Part shown: in pieces, positions 8,641 through 19,813 of the stretch
Position numbering within the stretch: position 1 is the stretch's first letter
Layout of the letters: the number at the start of each line of letters is the position of its first letter
DNA from: Nitrospirota bacterium
GTDB taxonomy: Bacteria; UBA2233
Direction: 5' to 3'
Length of the DNA: 64,000 nt
Assembly: GCA_011620345.1 (NCBI GenBank)
Contig: WOZJ01000057.1
Span: 1-64,000 of the forward strand
Program-made: the position numbers and the translations under genes
The notes under the pieces: generated by a model
Seen by the model: only the letters and a program-made list of their open reading frames with translations
The model's database searches: none
Told to the model about the DNA's origin: nothing

Positions 8641-9642
8641 ATGGGCGCCAGGCGGCTTGGGATAAGCCCGTTTACGGTTGGCCTTCTCCTTGCCGTGATC
8701 GTGGCGAGCGTCTTCCCTTGCGAAGGGAAAGGGATGGACGCGATGAACGCCGGGGTTTTCTGGGGGATCGTTCTTCTATTTTTTTTGCACGGCGCGGTGC
8801 TTTCGAGAGAGACGGCGTTAAGAGGTTTATTGCATTGGCGTTTGCACCTTCTCGTACTCTTTTGCACGTTTGGGCTTTTTCCGCTGTTTGGCCTTGCGCT
8901 GCAGCCCTTGGCAACGCGCATGCTTACCCCCGAACTTTACGCCGGGGTGCTGTTTCTTTGCGTCCTCCCTTCGACGGTTCAGTCTTCGATTGCGTTTACT
9001 GCCATCGCAAAAGGAAACGTCTCCGCGGCGGTATGTAGCGCGACGCTCTCGAATCTTTTAGGTATCTTCTTGACCCCTCTTCTTTTTGGAGCCTTTGGGG
9101 TGTTGTTGTCCGCACAGGGGAATGCAGGGGTCTCGCTTTCTTCTGTAGGCACGATCATCGAGCAATTGCTTGTGCCCTTTATCGTCGGCCAAGCGCTTCA
9201 TGATAAGCTGTGGGGCTGGATCGCTCGGCAAAAGCGCATCCTCGATGTCGTCGATCAGGGGGTCATCCTGCTGATTGTCTACGCAGCCTTCAGCGAGGCC
9301 GTTGCAGAAGGGTTATGGTCGCGTACGCCTCCAGCCGTGCTTCTTGGCGTCCTACTCGTCTCTGTCGTGCTTTTAGCGCTGGCGATTGGAATTACCAGCG
9401 GTGTTTCCAAGAAACTCGGATTTTGTGCGGCCGACCGAGTTGCCATCGTGTTCTGCGGTTCCAAGAAAAGCCTGGCAAGCGGTCTGCCCATGGCGCAAGC
9501 CTTGTTTGGAGGGCAAACCGCAAGCGTAGGGGCCATTGTTTTGCCTTTGATGGTCTACCACCAGCTACAGCTTCTTGTTTGTGCCGTGTTGGCCGAGCGG
9601 TACCGAGCAAGGCAGAGCTTAGGCCCGCTGGTTCCTTCTTGA
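8641..9642 (+). CDS. Bile acid:sodium symporter family (SBF-like/YfeH) transporter
   Basis: LPSTVQSSIAFT, FCGSKKSLASG, PLMVYHQLQL. Confidence 0.88.
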   Translation: MGARRLGISPFTVGLLLAVIVASVFPCEGKGMDAMNAGVFWGIVLLFFLHGAVLSRETALRGLLHWRLHLLVLFCTFGLFPLFGLALQPLATRMLTPELYAGVLFLCVLPSTVQSSIAFTAIAKGNVSAAVCSATLSNLLGIFLTPLLFGAFGVLLSAQGNAGVSLSSVGTIIEQLLVPFIVGQALHDKLWGWIARQKRILDVVDQGVILLIVYAAFSEAVAEGLWSRTPPAVLLGVLLVSVVLLALAIGITSGVSKKLGFCAADRVAIVFCGSKKSLASGLPMAQALFGGQTASVGAIVLPLMVYHQLQLLVCAVLAERYRARQSLGPLVPS

Positions 9643-9783
9643 AGGGACCTTCTTAGAGCCTGATAAGGCGCTAGGCTGGAGTGCCCTCAGAATGGGCTGG
9701 CCTATGGTGCTGTCCCGAGGCTGGAATGAGGCCTGGCAGGGATGGTATAGTGAAGGTTGCGTATGGCCAAAAGGGGTTCATGC

Positions 9784-10677
9784 ATGCCATCGTCGCCCCC
9801 GAAAACGCTTGGAATTGTACGGAAGCCCGCTTCGGAGTCCGCCCGGGTCGCACTGGAAAAGGTGCTCGGGTGGCTGGCAGAGCGTTCGGAAGAGTTTAAG
9901 CTGGAACGTGTTCTCGTGCATGAGTCTGGCCTGTCAAAAGGGGCGCGTTTGCCCATAGGGGAGGTGTGTGACGACAGGGGGCTTGCCGAAATCGACCTCG
10001 TTCTCGTCTTAGGCGGCGATGGGACGCTGCTTTGGACCGTTCGAATGCTCGAGGATTACGAAGTCCCTATTTTGGGCGTGAATGTAGGCAACCTGGGGTT
10101 TTTAACCGAGGTCCCGCTCGAGGGTTTTCCGGAGGCCCTTACAAAAGCGCTCAACGGTGAGGTCAAGCTAGAGTACAGGTCTATGCTCGCATGCTTTCTC
10201 ACGCGGGAGAACGCTTCCCAGTCGCTTGGGATCGCGCTCAACGACGTTGTCATTGCAAGAGGGCCGTCGGGTAGGCTTATCACGCTTAGCGTGCTTGTGG
10301 AAAACACGTTCATCAACCGCTACCGGGCGGACGGGCTCATTTTGGCTACCTCAACCGGCTCGACGGCCTATAACCTGGCCGCGGGAGGGCCGATTTTGGC
10401 GCCTGGCGTAGAAGCTACGATCCTGACGCCCATTTGTCCTCATACGCTGAGCAACCGGACACTCGTGATCCCTTCGGACACGACGCTCACGGTTCGACTT
10501 GAGGAGGGCACCGAGGAGCAAGGCGAGGTTTGCGTCATCGTGGACGGTCGAAAGGCGGCATCGTTCACCGGCAAGGACGAATTGGTCGTTCGAAAGTCTA
10601 GGCACCGGATGTGCTTGGTCAAGAATCAGACACTCGATTACTTCCGCATCGTGCGTACCAAGCTAAAGTGGGGCTAG
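9784..10677 (+). CDS. nadK: NAD kinase
   Basis: GGDGT, GVNVGNLGFL, LND, ADGLILATSTGSTAYNLAAGGP. Confidence 0.95.
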   Translation: MPSSPPKTLGIVRKPASESARVALEKVLGWLAERSEEFKLERVLVHESGLSKGARLPIGEVCDDRGLAEIDLVLVLGGDGTLLWTVRMLEDYEVPILGVNVGNLGFLTEVPLEGFPEALTKALNGEVKLEYRSMLACFLTRENASQSLGIALNDVVIARGPSGRLITLSVLVENTFINRYRADGLILATSTGSTAYNLAAGGPILAPGVEATILTPICPHTLSNRTLVIPSDTTLTVRLEEGTEEQGEVCVIVDGRKAASFTGKDELVVRKSRHRMCLVKNQTLDYFRIVRTKLKWG

Positions 10678-10685
10678 CTTAAGCC

Positions 10686-12392
10686 ATGGCTTGGGTCGAA
10701 ACCCTAAAGATACGAAACCTTGCGACATTCAAAGAGGCTCTCGTCCCGTTTCGAAAGGGGCTGAATGTCATCACGGGGGAGAGCGGGTCTGGAAAGACGC
10801 TCCTTGTCCGCGCCTTTGGCATGCTCCTTGGAGAAGAAAAGGACGACCCAGAGGTTATCAGGGAGGGAGCAGCCGACCTTACGGTCGAAGCGTTGGTTTC
10901 GCTCGAGGATGCCCCTTTGGAGGTCGGAGAAACCCTCCGAACGCTCGGGCTCCAAGGAGAGGAGTTCGTAAGCCTCGGGAAAGCGATTCAACGTTCCAAC
11001 AAGGCCAGGAGCCATGTGTCGGGCTCGGCGGTGGCAAGGCGTGTCCTATGCAGCCTTGCACGCGAGATGATCGAACTTGTCGGACAGGGGGAAGGGGGTC
11101 GTTTTCGTGACACCCGCTTTCAGCACCAGCTTTTGGACGACATTCTTTGCGTTGATTCTCAAAGGGCGGCCTACCGATCAAGGCGTGCCCGGGCGATCGA
11201 GGCGCTTCAGATCGTTGACGCGCTCCTTGTACGAAAGCGCGCGTTGGAAGGGCAGAAAGGTGCCCACGAGGCGTTGCTTGTCGAGATTGCCCGCATAGCG
11301 CCAAAGCCTAAGGAAGAGGCCGCGCTCGCAGAACGGCGTCAGTTTCTCAAGCACGCCAAGGAAATTCAAGACGCCCTGTTTATGGCCAAAGAGCTCCTTT
11401 ATGATGCCAAAGAAAGCGTTATCGCCAAGCTCGAGCACGCGAGACGATGCCTTGACCCTGTGCTCCGCTTCCTTCCAGAGGCCGGCGATTGGAGTGAAAG
11501 GCTCCAAAAGGATGCCTTGGATGTCGAGGACGTGGCGCTTTCCATCTCTAAGGGTATAAAAGAAGAATTCCGGCCGGAAGAGCTTGACGAGGTCGAGCTT
11601 CGGCTTGTCGAGCTCCACACGCTCAAGCGCCGGTTTGGCAAAGAGATCGAGGCGTTGCTCGAAGAAGCAGAGCGCTTCAAGGGCCTAGAGGGCGACCTCG
11701 AGGAGTTGGCGCTCGAGCTAAAAAAGGCCAAAGAGCGCCTTGAGGTCGAACAAGCTAGCCTTCTCGAGGCGGCCAGGGCGCTGACCAAGGCAAGGCAAGA
11801 GGCTGTGGCGTCGTTTGAGAAGGATCTCAAAGCTATCGCGAGCGATTTGGGGCTCGAAGCGTTGAGCTTACGTGTCGCGTTCGAAACGGCTGCATCAGAG
11901 CAGCCTGGAACTCTCCAGGAGAGTTTTCCGTCCCAAGGGCTCGAGCGCCTATCGCTCAAGGTTTCGTTCAACCGGGGGGATTCCCTAAGGCCGATCGAAC
12001 GGGTTGCCTCTGGCGGCGAGCTCTCCAGGGTCGTCCTTTCGCTTTATGCGCTTTCCCTTCAAAGGCGCAACCTTCCCGTGTTGGTCTTAGACGAGATCGA
12101 TTCGGGCATTTCTGGGGCTGGGGCCGTGGCCCTAGGAAAGCTATTAAGCTCTCTTTCCTCGTCTTGTCAGGTGATTATGACTACCCATAACCCGCTCGTA
12201 GCCTCGTTCGCCGATCATCACCTCGTCGTTCGAAAAAAAGAGGCCGAAGGGGGGACGTTGAGCGAGGTGAAGTCCATCGAGGAGAAAGAAAGGCAAAGGG
12301 AGCTGGAAAGGATGCTTGTAGGGAGCAATATTTCCAAACATGCGTTGTTGGTCGCGGGGGATCTGCTCGGTGGAAACACTGGCGCCCGGTAG
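10686..12392 (+). CDS. recN: DNA repair protein RecN
   Basis: Walker A GESGSGKT, coiled coil, ASGGELSR, LDEIDSG; follows nadK. Confidence 0.9.
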   Translation: MAWVETLKIRNLATFKEALVPFRKGLNVITGESGSGKTLLVRAFGMLLGEEKDDPEVIREGAADLTVEALVSLEDAPLEVGETLRTLGLQGEEFVSLGKAIQRSNKARSHVSGSAVARRVLCSLAREMIELVGQGEGGRFRDTRFQHQLLDDILCVDSQRAAYRSRRARAIEALQIVDALLVRKRALEGQKGAHEALLVEIARIAPKPKEEAALAERRQFLKHAKEIQDALFMAKELLYDAKESVIAKLEHARRCLDPVLRFLPEAGDWSERLQKDALDVEDVALSISKGIKEEFRPEELDEVELRLVELHTLKRRFGKEIEALLEEAERFKGLEGDLEELALELKKAKERLEVEQASLLEAARALTKARQEAVASFEKDLKAIASDLGLEALSLRVAFETAASEQPGTLQESFPSQGLERLSLKVSFNRGDSLRPIERVASGGELSRVVLSLYALSLQRRNLPVLVLDEIDSGISGAGAVALGKLLSSLSSSCQVIMTTHNPLVASFADHHLVVRKKEAEGGTLSEVKSIEEKERQRELERMLVGSNISKHALLVAGDLLGGNTGAR

Positions 12393-12858
12393 CATCGTAC
12401 CGGCTTCAAGCGAAGACTTGTTGCGCCTCGAGGCCTTTTTGAACCCTTTTTTCCAGAGGGGAGAGCTTCTTTTTATCCCCAGCGAAAAGCTAAAGAAGAA
12501 CATCCGCCGCTTTTTGCTCGCCCGGCAGCCTTCCGGAGCAATCCTTGGGTCGCTTGGGCTGTTCGAATGGGGAAAGGATCTTGTCGAGGTGCGGGCCTTT
12601 GCCGTGGATGCAAGGGTAAGGGGCATGGGGATAGGGTCGGCGTTGCTAGAAAGTGCCCTTTCCCGTGCAAGGCTTGACGGGAAGAAGAAAGTGTTTGCTT
12701 TAACTTACAAAACCGCGTTCTTCACGGCGAGGGGGTTCTGCGAGGTTCCAAAGGAGAGTCTTCCTCATAAGATTTGGGGGGATTGCGTGCTCTGCCTCAA
12801 CCGGGAGAATTGCAAGGAGAAGTCTGTGATTTTTGGCCTGAAGGCACAAGAGGATTAG
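12370..12858 (+). CDS. GNAT N-acetyltransferase (short ArgA-like)
   Basis: RGMGIG acetyl-CoA motif; FALTY and [12 protein letters not shown]..C; near argJ. Confidence 0.75.
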   Translation: METLAPGSIVPASSEDLLRLEAFLNPFFQRGELLFIPSEKLKKNIRRFLLARQPSGAILGSLGLFEWGKDLVEVRAFAVDARVRGMGIGSALLESALSRARLDGKKKVFALTYKTAFFTARGFCEVPKESLPHKIWGDCVLCLNRENCKEKSVIFGLKAQED

Positions 12859-12862
12859 GAAG

Positions 12863-15514
12863 ATGTGGGATTGGGTGCTCAAGAAAATTATCGGGACGAA
12901 GAACGAAAGAACGCTTAAAAAGATCGAGCCGTTTGTTCGTGAAATCAACGCGCTTGAGCCCGGGCTTGTCTTAAAGAGCGATGCGGAGCTCAAACAGGCC
13001 TCGGCCTCGCTCCGTGAGCGTGCCAGAAATGGAGAATCTGCGGAAACGCTTCTTGTAGAGAGCTTTGCGCTGGTTCGAGAGGCCTCGAAAAGGGTGCTTG
13101 GCATGCGCCCGTTCGACGTCCAGTTGTTGGGCGGGGTTGTCCTTCACCAGGGCAAGATCGCCGAAATGAAGACTGGCGAGGGCAAAACGCTTGTGGCCAC
13201 GCTGCCTGTGTACCTGAACGCCCTGAGCGGAAAAGGCGTCCACGTCGTGACGGTGAACGATTACCTGGCCAGGCGGGATGCCGAGTGGATGGGGAAGGTA
13301 TACAGGTTTTTGGGGCTTAGCGTGGGCTGCATCCAGCATGGCCTTTCCGACGAAGAAAGAAGAAGGGTGTATGCCGGCGACGTCGTATACGCCACGAACA
13401 ACGAGCTAGGGTTCGACTACCTCCGGGACAACATGAAGTTCCGGCTCGAAGAATACGCACAGCGGGACTTCCACTACGCGATCGTAGACGAGGTTGACTC
13501 GATCCTTATCGACGAGGCCAGGACGCCGCTCATTATCTCTGGGCCTGCCGAAGAGTCCACGGAGGTCTACTACGTCGTCGATAAGGTCATCCCTAGGCTT
13601 GCAAAAGAAAAAGACTACACCGTAGACGAAAAACATCGGCAGGTGATGCTCACGGAGGAAGGCGTCCACAAGGTGGAGCAGCTCCTTGGCGTGGAGAACC
13701 TCTACGAACCGGCGCATTTCGACCTTGTTCACCACGTGATGCAAGCCTTGAAGGCGCACGTGCTTTTCAAGAGGGACGTGGATTATGTCGTCAAAGACGG
13801 CGAGGTTGTCATCGTCGATGAGTTTACGGGCAGGCTCATGCCCGGTAGGCGTTACTCGGATGGCCTTCATCAGGCGCTCGAAGCCAAGGAGCGTTTGAGG
13901 GTAGCCTCCGAAAACCAGACGCTGGCTACGATCACGTTCCAAAATTTCTTCAGAATCTACCCCAAACTGGCCGGTATGACGGGAACGGCAGAGACAGAGG
14001 CGTCGGAGTTTCACAAGATTTATAACTTGGACGTTGTTGTCATCCCGCCAAACAGGCAGATGATCCGCACCGATCATCCGGATATCGTCTATAAGACGCA
14101 GGCCGAGAAGTTCAAGGCGGTCGTTGGTGAAATTAAAGAACTCCACGAGAAGGGCCGTCCTGTTCTGGTTGGAACCATTTCGATCGAAAAATCTGAGTTG
14201 TTGTCCCAAATGCTCAAACACCAGGGTATCCCTCACAGCGTCCTGAACGCCAAGCATCACGAGCGCGAGGCCGAGATCATCGCCCAGGCGGGCAGGAAGA
14301 GTACCGTCACGATCTCGACAAACATGGCGGGCCGTGGCACCGATATCCTGTTGGGCGGAAACCCGGAGTTCTTGGCGGCCCAGCTTTTAAGGGAACGAGG
14401 GGAGGAAGGTCCGCCCAGCGAAGCGCTCGTCAACGAGTGCCTTGCGCTGGCACGCCATACTTGCGAGCAGGAAAAGCAGGAAGTGATCGCCCTGGGAGGG
14501 CTTCACATCCTTGGTACCGAGCGGCACGAGGCGCGCAGGATCGACAACCAGCTACGGGGCCGGGCCGGCAGACAGGGAGACCCTGGGTCTTCCCGTTTCT
14601 ACCTATCGCTCGAGGATGACCTGCTTCGAATCTTTGGCTCCGAGAGGATTGCCAAGTTGATGGAACGGCTTGGCATCGAAGAGGACGAGCCGATCGAGCA
14701 CTCGTGGATCACAAAGGCCATCGAAAACGCCCAGAAGCGGGTCGAGGCGCGTAACTTCGATATCCGTAAGCACCTTTTGGAGTACGACAACGTGATGAAT
14801 CGTCAGCGCGAAATTGTCTACTCCAAGCGCAGGCATATTCTCTCCAGGGAGACGATCACCGAGGACATCGTCGAAATGCTCGAAGACCTGGGCGAAGACC
14901 TGTTGGAGACCTACGTCTTTACCAAGCGAACGCCAGCCCCCGAGGACTTTCGCGAGATGGTTACGGCCGCTTCCCAGGTGCTCAAGCAGGAATTTCAGCT
15001 AGACCCTGGCGAGCTTTCAGGGCTCGAGAAAACGGAGCTTAGAGTCCGCCTCTTAGAGGGCTTGAAGGCCATGTATGAGGCCAAATCCAGAGCGGTTGGC
15101 CCGCTGATGCCATCGATCGAAAAGCTCATCCTGCTCTCTAGCCTGGATGCGCTATGGAAAGACCACCTACTGGCCATGGATCACTTAAAGGAGGGCATCG
15201 GGCTTAGGGGCTACGGGCAGAAAGACCCTCTCGTCGAGTACCAGAAAGAGGCCTACGCGCTCTTTGTGGACATGATGCTAAGGCTAAGGGAGCAGGTTCT
15301 TGGGTATCTGTTCGCCGTCGAGCTCAGAGAGGAGGGGCAAATCGAAGAGGCCCAAGCCAAAAAGGAGCACCAGGCCAGCGCCCAGAGGATGCGCATGAAC
15401 TTAGAGCCCGAGCCCGTGGCAGTCCGGCGTGACGGCAGGAAAGTGGGGAGGAACGACCCATGCCCATGCGGGTCGGGGAAGAAGTATAAAAAATGCCACG
15501 GGTTGGGGGCTTAA
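12863..15514 (+). CDS. secA: Preprotein translocase ATPase SecA
   Basis: [44 protein letters not shown]. Confidence 0.99.
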   Translation: MWDWVLKKIIGTKNERTLKKIEPFVREINALEPGLVLKSDAELKQASASLRERARNGESAETLLVESFALVREASKRVLGMRPFDVQLLGGVVLHQGKIAEMKTGEGKTLVATLPVYLNALSGKGVHVVTVNDYLARRDAEWMGKVYRFLGLSVGCIQHGLSDEERRRVYAGDVVYATNNELGFDYLRDNMKFRLEEYAQRDFHYAIVDEVDSILIDEARTPLIISGPAEESTEVYYVVDKVIPRLAKEKDYTVDEKHRQVMLTEEGVHKVEQLLGVENLYEPAHFDLVHHVMQALKAHVLFKRDVDYVVKDGEVVIVDEFTGRLMPGRRYSDGLHQALEAKERLRVASENQTLATITFQNFFRIYPKLAGMTGTAETEASEFHKIYNLDVVVIPPNRQMIRTDHPDIVYKTQAEKFKAVVGEIKELHEKGRPVLVGTISIEKSELLSQMLKHQGIPHSVLNAKHHEREAEIIAQAGRKSTVTISTNMAGRGTDILLGGNPEFLAAQLLRERGEEGPPSEALVNECLALARHTCEQEKQEVIALGGLHILGTERHEARRIDNQLRGRAGRQGDPGSSRFYLSLEDDLLRIFGSERIAKLMERLGIEEDEPIEHSWITKAIENAQKRVEARNFDIRKHLLEYDNVMNRQREIVYSKRRHILSRETITEDIVEMLEDLGEDLLETYVFTKRTPAPEDFREMVTAASQVLKQEFQLDPGELSGLEKTELRVRLLEGLKAMYEAKSRAVGPLMPSIEKLILLSSLDALWKDHLLAMDHLKEGIGLRGYGQKDPLVEYQKEAYALFVDMMLRLREQVLGYLFAVELREEGQIEEAQAKKEHQASAQRMRMNLEPEPVAVRRDGRKVGRNDPCPCGSGKKYKKCHGLGA

Positions 15515-15515
15515 C

Positions 15516-16715
15516 ATGCAAGAATTGCAAGTTCCGGGGTTTCTAGCCGCCGGAGTCCATGCCGGCCTAAAATCAGATCAAAAGCTCGATGTCGGGCTTG
15601 TCGTCTCCAAGGCCCCTTGCAGCGTGGCAGCGGTGTTCACGAAAAACCGTCTGGCGTCGGCCTGCGTGGAGCTATGCCGCGCTCTCGCAAAGAAAGGGCA
15701 TGGTAGGGCGCTTTTGGTCAACTCGGGGAACGCCAACGCGCTTGTTGGGGGGCAGGCCATGGCAAGCATCGAAATGCTCGTGCAGAACATCTCCGAGAAG
15801 CTTGGAATGGCTCCCGAGGAGATCCTTCAGGCATCGACGGGAATTATCGGTGTTCCTTTGCCTATCGAGCGCATGCTTCCTGTGCTGCCGGAGCTAGTGC
15901 GAAAGCTTAACTCAGACGGCCTCAAGGACGTCGCCAGCGCGATGATAACGACGGACAAGTCTGAAAAGGTCGCCTTCGAGGAGTTTGAGATTGAAGGCAA
16001 GCGCGTCCATCTGGCCGTGCTTACGAAAGGCGCGGGGATGATCGCGCCTAATCTGGCCACGATGCTGACGTTCGCCTTCAGCGACGTGGCCGTCGAACCA
16101 GGCACGCTGCAGAATATACTCGAGGTTGCCGTCGAGCCCACCTTTAACAGCATCCGGGTGGATGGCGAAACGTCGCCGAACGACATGGTTTTGCTGTTCG
16201 CAAACGGGGTATCGGGCGTAAAGATCAAGGAGGGCCCCCAAAACGCTTCGAGCGAGCGCTTCATTGCTTCGCTAAAGGGTCTTTTTGAACAGAACGCACG
16301 CAAGATCCTGGAAGACGGCGAGGGCGCAAGGCACGTCGTTGCCTACCGCGTAAGGGGGCTCGAAGATAGCAGACAAGCCAAGAAGCTTTGCCAGTTCCTT
16401 TGCGATTCCTTGCTGGTTCGCTGCGCGCTGGCCGGAGAAGACCCAAATTTTGCAGGCAGGCTCTTGACTCGGATCGGGTCTTTTGAGGGGTCGCTGCCTA
16501 GCGATTCTCTTCGGGTGTTCTTCGAGGGGATTCCCCTTTATGCCAAAGGCGAGCTTTTTGTCCAAAAAAACAGGGAGAAGATCTCAGAGGCCCTAAAGAA
16601 GCCCTTTTACGAGGTGCACGTGGATTTTGGAGGGATCTCCCACGAGGACGTCGTGTGCATGGGCTGTGATTTAACGCTCGATTACGTTCGGTTCAACTCC
16701 GCCTACGCGACATAA
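15516..16715 (+). CDS. argJ: Ornithine acetyltransferase ArgJ
   Basis: NSGNANA, ASTGIIG, MITTD, KGAGMIAPNLATML, DGEGA. Confidence 0.92.
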   Translation: MQELQVPGFLAAGVHAGLKSDQKLDVGLVVSKAPCSVAAVFTKNRLASACVELCRALAKKGHGRALLVNSGNANALVGGQAMASIEMLVQNISEKLGMAPEEILQASTGIIGVPLPIERMLPVLPELVRKLNSDGLKDVASAMITTDKSEKVAFEEFEIEGKRVHLAVLTKGAGMIAPNLATMLTFAFSDVAVEPGTLQNILEVAVEPTFNSIRVDGETSPNDMVLLFANGVSGVKIKEGPQNASSERFIASLKGLFEQNARKILEDGEGARHVVAYRVRGLEDSRQAKKLCQFLCDSLLVRCALAGEDPNFAGRLLTRIGSFEGSLPSDSLRVFFEGIPLYAKGELFVQKNREKISEALKKPFYEVHVDFGGISHEDVVCMGCDLTLDYVRFNSAYAT

Positions 16716-16729
16716 AAAAGGGGGTCTTG

Positions 16730-17701
16730 ATGCCTGGTGTGGCCGTGAGCATTGATATGGGGGGGACCAACCTAAGGGTTGCCATTGTAGATGAAAAAGG
16801 CGAGATTCTTTGCAGGATCTTGCAGCCGACCAAGCCGGAGCGAGGAAGGAGCAAGGTGTTTGCATCGCTTACGGAGGGTATCAAAGAAGCGATGGTCAAG
16901 GCAAAGGCAAAAGGGCTGGAGCCTTTAGGGGTTGGTATCGGCTTTCCGGGTGTTTTTGCCGACGACGGCGTGATCTTGGGGGCCCCTCAGCTTTCTGACT
17001 GGGTGGGGTTTGCGTTTTTGGACGCGCTCCGCGCGGCGATCGAGATTCCGGTGTTCGTCGAAAACGACGCCAACTGTGCGGCGCTGGGCGAGTACTGGAT
17101 TTTTCGGGGGGATCTTCCGGATACGTTCGTGTTCATGACGCTGGGCTCTGGTATCGGGGGCGGCGTGATTTTGCAGGGCAAGCTTTGGAGGGGCTACCTT
17201 GGCTCTGCGGGTGAAATCGGCCACATTCCCGTCGAGCCGAACGGCCCTTTTTGCGGCGGTGGCCACCAGGGTTGTATCGAAGTTTTTTCTAGTGCGGTCG
17301 GTCTGAAGAACTTGATCGGCCGCGTGCTTGACGAGGGGGTAGCATCGCCCTTCCTTTCGGCCTTTAAAGAAAGGAGCCCGACGGTTACGCCAAAGGATGC
17401 CTACGAGGCCGCTAAACAGGATGATTTTGGAGCAAGACGGCTGTTTGAGCGCTTCGGAGAGTACCTTGGCATTGCGCTTGCGAGCGTCGTCAACGTGCTC
17501 AACCCTCCGGCAATCGTGATTGGAGGGAACATAGCCAACGCCTGGGAGTTCTTTGCCCCATCTATCCTGCCGTCATTGAAACGGCACACATTTCCTTACG
17601 TGGCAGAAAGGCTCAAGATTCGCAAGGCCGGGCTTGGCGAGGATGCAGGGATTCTCGGGGCAGCCAGCCTCATTTTTGCCAAAGAGGCATGTTTGCCCTG
17701 A
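16730..17701 (+). CDS. ROK family sugar kinase (glucokinase-like)
   Basis: IDMGGT, ENDANCAALGE, LGSGIGGG, GEIGH..CxxxxxGC. Confidence 0.9.
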   Translation: MPGVAVSIDMGGTNLRVAIVDEKGEILCRILQPTKPERGRSKVFASLTEGIKEAMVKAKAKGLEPLGVGIGFPGVFADDGVILGAPQLSDWVGFAFLDALRAAIEIPVFVENDANCAALGEYWIFRGDLPDTFVFMTLGSGIGGGVILQGKLWRGYLGSAGEIGHIPVEPNGPFCGGGHQGCIEVFSSAVGLKNLIGRVLDEGVASPFLSAFKERSPTVTPKDAYEAAKQDDFGARRLFERFGEYLGIALASVVNVLNPPAIVIGGNIANAWEFFAPSILPSLKRHTFPYVAERLKIRKAGLGEDAGILGAASLIFAKEACLP

Positions 17702-18447
17702 GCCAACCCGCGCTTCTCGAAGATGAAGGGTTTGTGCTGGCCAAAGATTTGCTCGGAGAGGACAGCCTTAGGGTTTTCTATCTCACCCGCAAGCTTGGCA
17801 GGTGGGAAGGAATCGCCAAAAAGGCAAGGAAAAGCTTACGGCGCTTTGGTGGAGGGCTCGAGCCGTTTTGTATTCTCGATGTCGCATGCAGGGCTTCCAA
17901 GGGCCAGGCGAATACGTTCTTTTTGGAGAGAAGCAAGCCAAGGGTATTCTTCGATGGAATCTTGGCCTCGAAGCACGCCGCGATGGCCGGTTTTTTGGCC
18001 AACGACATTGTCTTGAATTCTCAACTTGGGCCAGGAGAAGCTTTGCCCTTGTTTTCGAGCTATCACGGGCTGCTCGTCGCGCTGGATGCCGGCGAAAACC
18101 CTTGGAGCGCGCTGCTTTCGTTTTTCGAAGCGTTTTTTTGCCTGATCGGGATTGCACCCAAGCTAAAACGCTGCGTTCGGTGCGGCTCGCTCCTTGCAGG
18201 CCACCCCAAGGCGGGCCTGTCGGTTTCCGAGGCCGGGGCCGTCTGCCCCTCTTGCCTTGCCAAGCAAGAGCGCCTGCTCGGTTCTTCCTTGCCCCTCTAT
18301 GCAAAGGGTGCACAGCACGCTCTCGTTCGGTTCTATTTGGAGCACTGGCAGTACCGGTTCGACCGGGCCCTTTTGAGTTACAGGGTGTACCGGGAAGTCT
18401 CGAATTCCAGCATGCCAAACCCTTCGGAGGAAGGCTCGTTTCCTTGA
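17689..18447 (+). CDS. recO: DNA repair protein RecO
   Basis: AKKARKSLRRFGGGLEPF; CVRC...CPSC zinc motif. Confidence 0.8.
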   Translation: MFALSQPALLEDEGFVLAKDLLGEDSLRVFYLTRKLGRWEGIAKKARKSLRRFGGGLEPFCILDVACRASKGQANTFFLERSKPRVFFDGILASKHAAMAGFLANDIVLNSQLGPGEALPLFSSYHGLLVALDAGENPWSALLSFFEAFFCLIGIAPKLKRCVRCGSLLAGHPKAGLSVSEAGAVCPSCLAKQERLLGSSLPLYAKGAQHALVRFYLEHWQYRFDRALLSYRVYREVSNSSMPNPSEEGSFP

Positions 18448-18451
18448 GGGC

Positions 18452-18952
18452 CTAGCAAGCCGTTCCTTCATCGTTTTTTTGGATGCCAGTACTGAATTTT
18501 GGGTGTTCAATCACGTTGGCGGGACCGTTCAAGCCTTCGATATAGGCCAGACTCAAGCCCTGTAGCTCTTTTGGAATTCTGACGGGGGTCTTCGTTTCGA
18601 GGTTTACGAAGCACCCTTCTTGCGTTGCTTCGAACACCTTCTGGCCGTCTTTTTGGATTTCTGCGCCCATGACGAACCGAACCCGATCGAGCCGCTCAAT
18701 CCACACAGAACCATTGGGCTGATCGAATAGCCTTAAAGGCTTTAAATAGCGCGCTTGGGTTTTAGAAATCAAAGGTACGCTGCGTTCCTTTATCGCTTGT
18801 TCCAAAGGGTAGTGGACCTCCATGAATCGGAGTCTCAAGTCCTCGAGCCAACGGATGTAGACGATATTGGAGACGACGCCGGCAAAGTCGATGTCGTACG
18901 TGACGATCCGTAAGGGCATAGATACGGGCAGAATGCGTAGCGACTGTTCCAT
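18452..18952 (-). CDS. 4HBT/YbgC-family acyl-CoA thioesterase
   Basis: YDIDFAGVVSNIVYIRWLE hotdog motif. Confidence 0.85.
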   Translation of the reverse strand: MEQSLRILPVSMPLRIVTYDIDFAGVVSNIVYIRWLEDLRLRFMEVHYPLEQAIKERSVPLISKTQARYLKPLRLFDQPNGSVWIERLDRVRFVMGAEIQKDGQKVFEATQEGCFVNLETKTPVRIPKELQGLSLAYIEGLNGPANVIEHPKFSTGIQKNDEGTAC

Positions 18953-18955
18953 GCC

Positions 18956-19813
18956 TTAGGCCCGTTTCTCCGGATGGCCGACGTTAACGGCTTCGCGGAA
19001 CCCCAGCTCTCGTAACGCCGCCCTAAGGCCCTGTTCAAGCGTGGCGAACGTTGGAATCCCTTCCAGTCGGGCTCCGATACGTGTGAGCTGCTGGGCTACG
19101 TTCGGCTTGATGCCTACGAGCATCGCCTCTGTCCCCAAAAGTCTGATCGCTCCTATGAGCTTGACCAACTCTCCTACGATGTTCGTATCGACGTGCGCCA
19201 GGCCAGAGAGGTCAAGCAGGACAAACCTTGGCTTGTAAGAAGAAATTGTCTCCAAGAGGCCTTCTTGGAGTTCGTGCATACGCATCGAATCGAAGCTTCC
19301 CATCAAGGGCGCCATGAGCACTCCCCGCCATACCGGGATGATCGGAGTCTGGAGCTCTTTGATCGTCTGCTGTTGGGCCTCTACCACCTCTTGGAGCCTA
19401 GTTCTCGTCTCTTCCAAAAGCTTGTCGTAGGTGCCTGTCACCAAAACCTTTAGCCTACGGATGTGCTTCAAAAACCTTGAAAACAGCTGGGGAGCCTTTT
19501 CTTTAACTAAGTCTTCCATGGCCAGGCACCCTTCGATGAACAGCGAGGAGTTCACGTTGACTTCGACATGGGTTTGTGCAACCTGTTGCGCGATCGGCAC
19601 TAACTCAAGCTCGTCTTTGGTCAGCATGTCATGACATAGACCATCGAGCTTTCCTACCAGCCCTTGGAACCGCGGTTGTTCATGGATGGCCTCTTTGCCC
19701 TCCACGCCGTAAGCGTGCTCAAAGACGGCGCGCTTTTTTGGGTCTTGTAGGTTCATCTCTTCAAAGCGGTGGGCAAGCTGTTTTGCTAGCCCCTGGGAAG
19801 AGGTAGCTTTCAT
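18956..19813 (-). CDS. RsbR-like STAS domain protein
   Basis: IKELQTPIIPVW, LDLSGLAHVDT, LLGTEAMLVGIKPNVAQ; helical N-terminal domain. Confidence 0.85.
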   Translation of the reverse strand: MKATSSQGLAKQLAHRFEEMNLQDPKKRAVFEHAYGVEGKEAIHEQPRFQGLVGKLDGLCHDMLTKDELELVPIAQQVAQTHVEVNVNSSLFIEGCLAMEDLVKEKAPQLFSRFLKHIRRLKVLVTGTYDKLLEETRTRLQEVVEAQQQTIKELQTPIIPVWRGVLMAPLMGSFDSMRMHELQEGLLETISSYKPRFVLLDLSGLAHVDTNIVGELVKLIGAIRLLGTEAMLVGIKPNVAQQLTRIGARLEGIPTFATLEQGLRAALRELGFREAVNVGHPEKRA

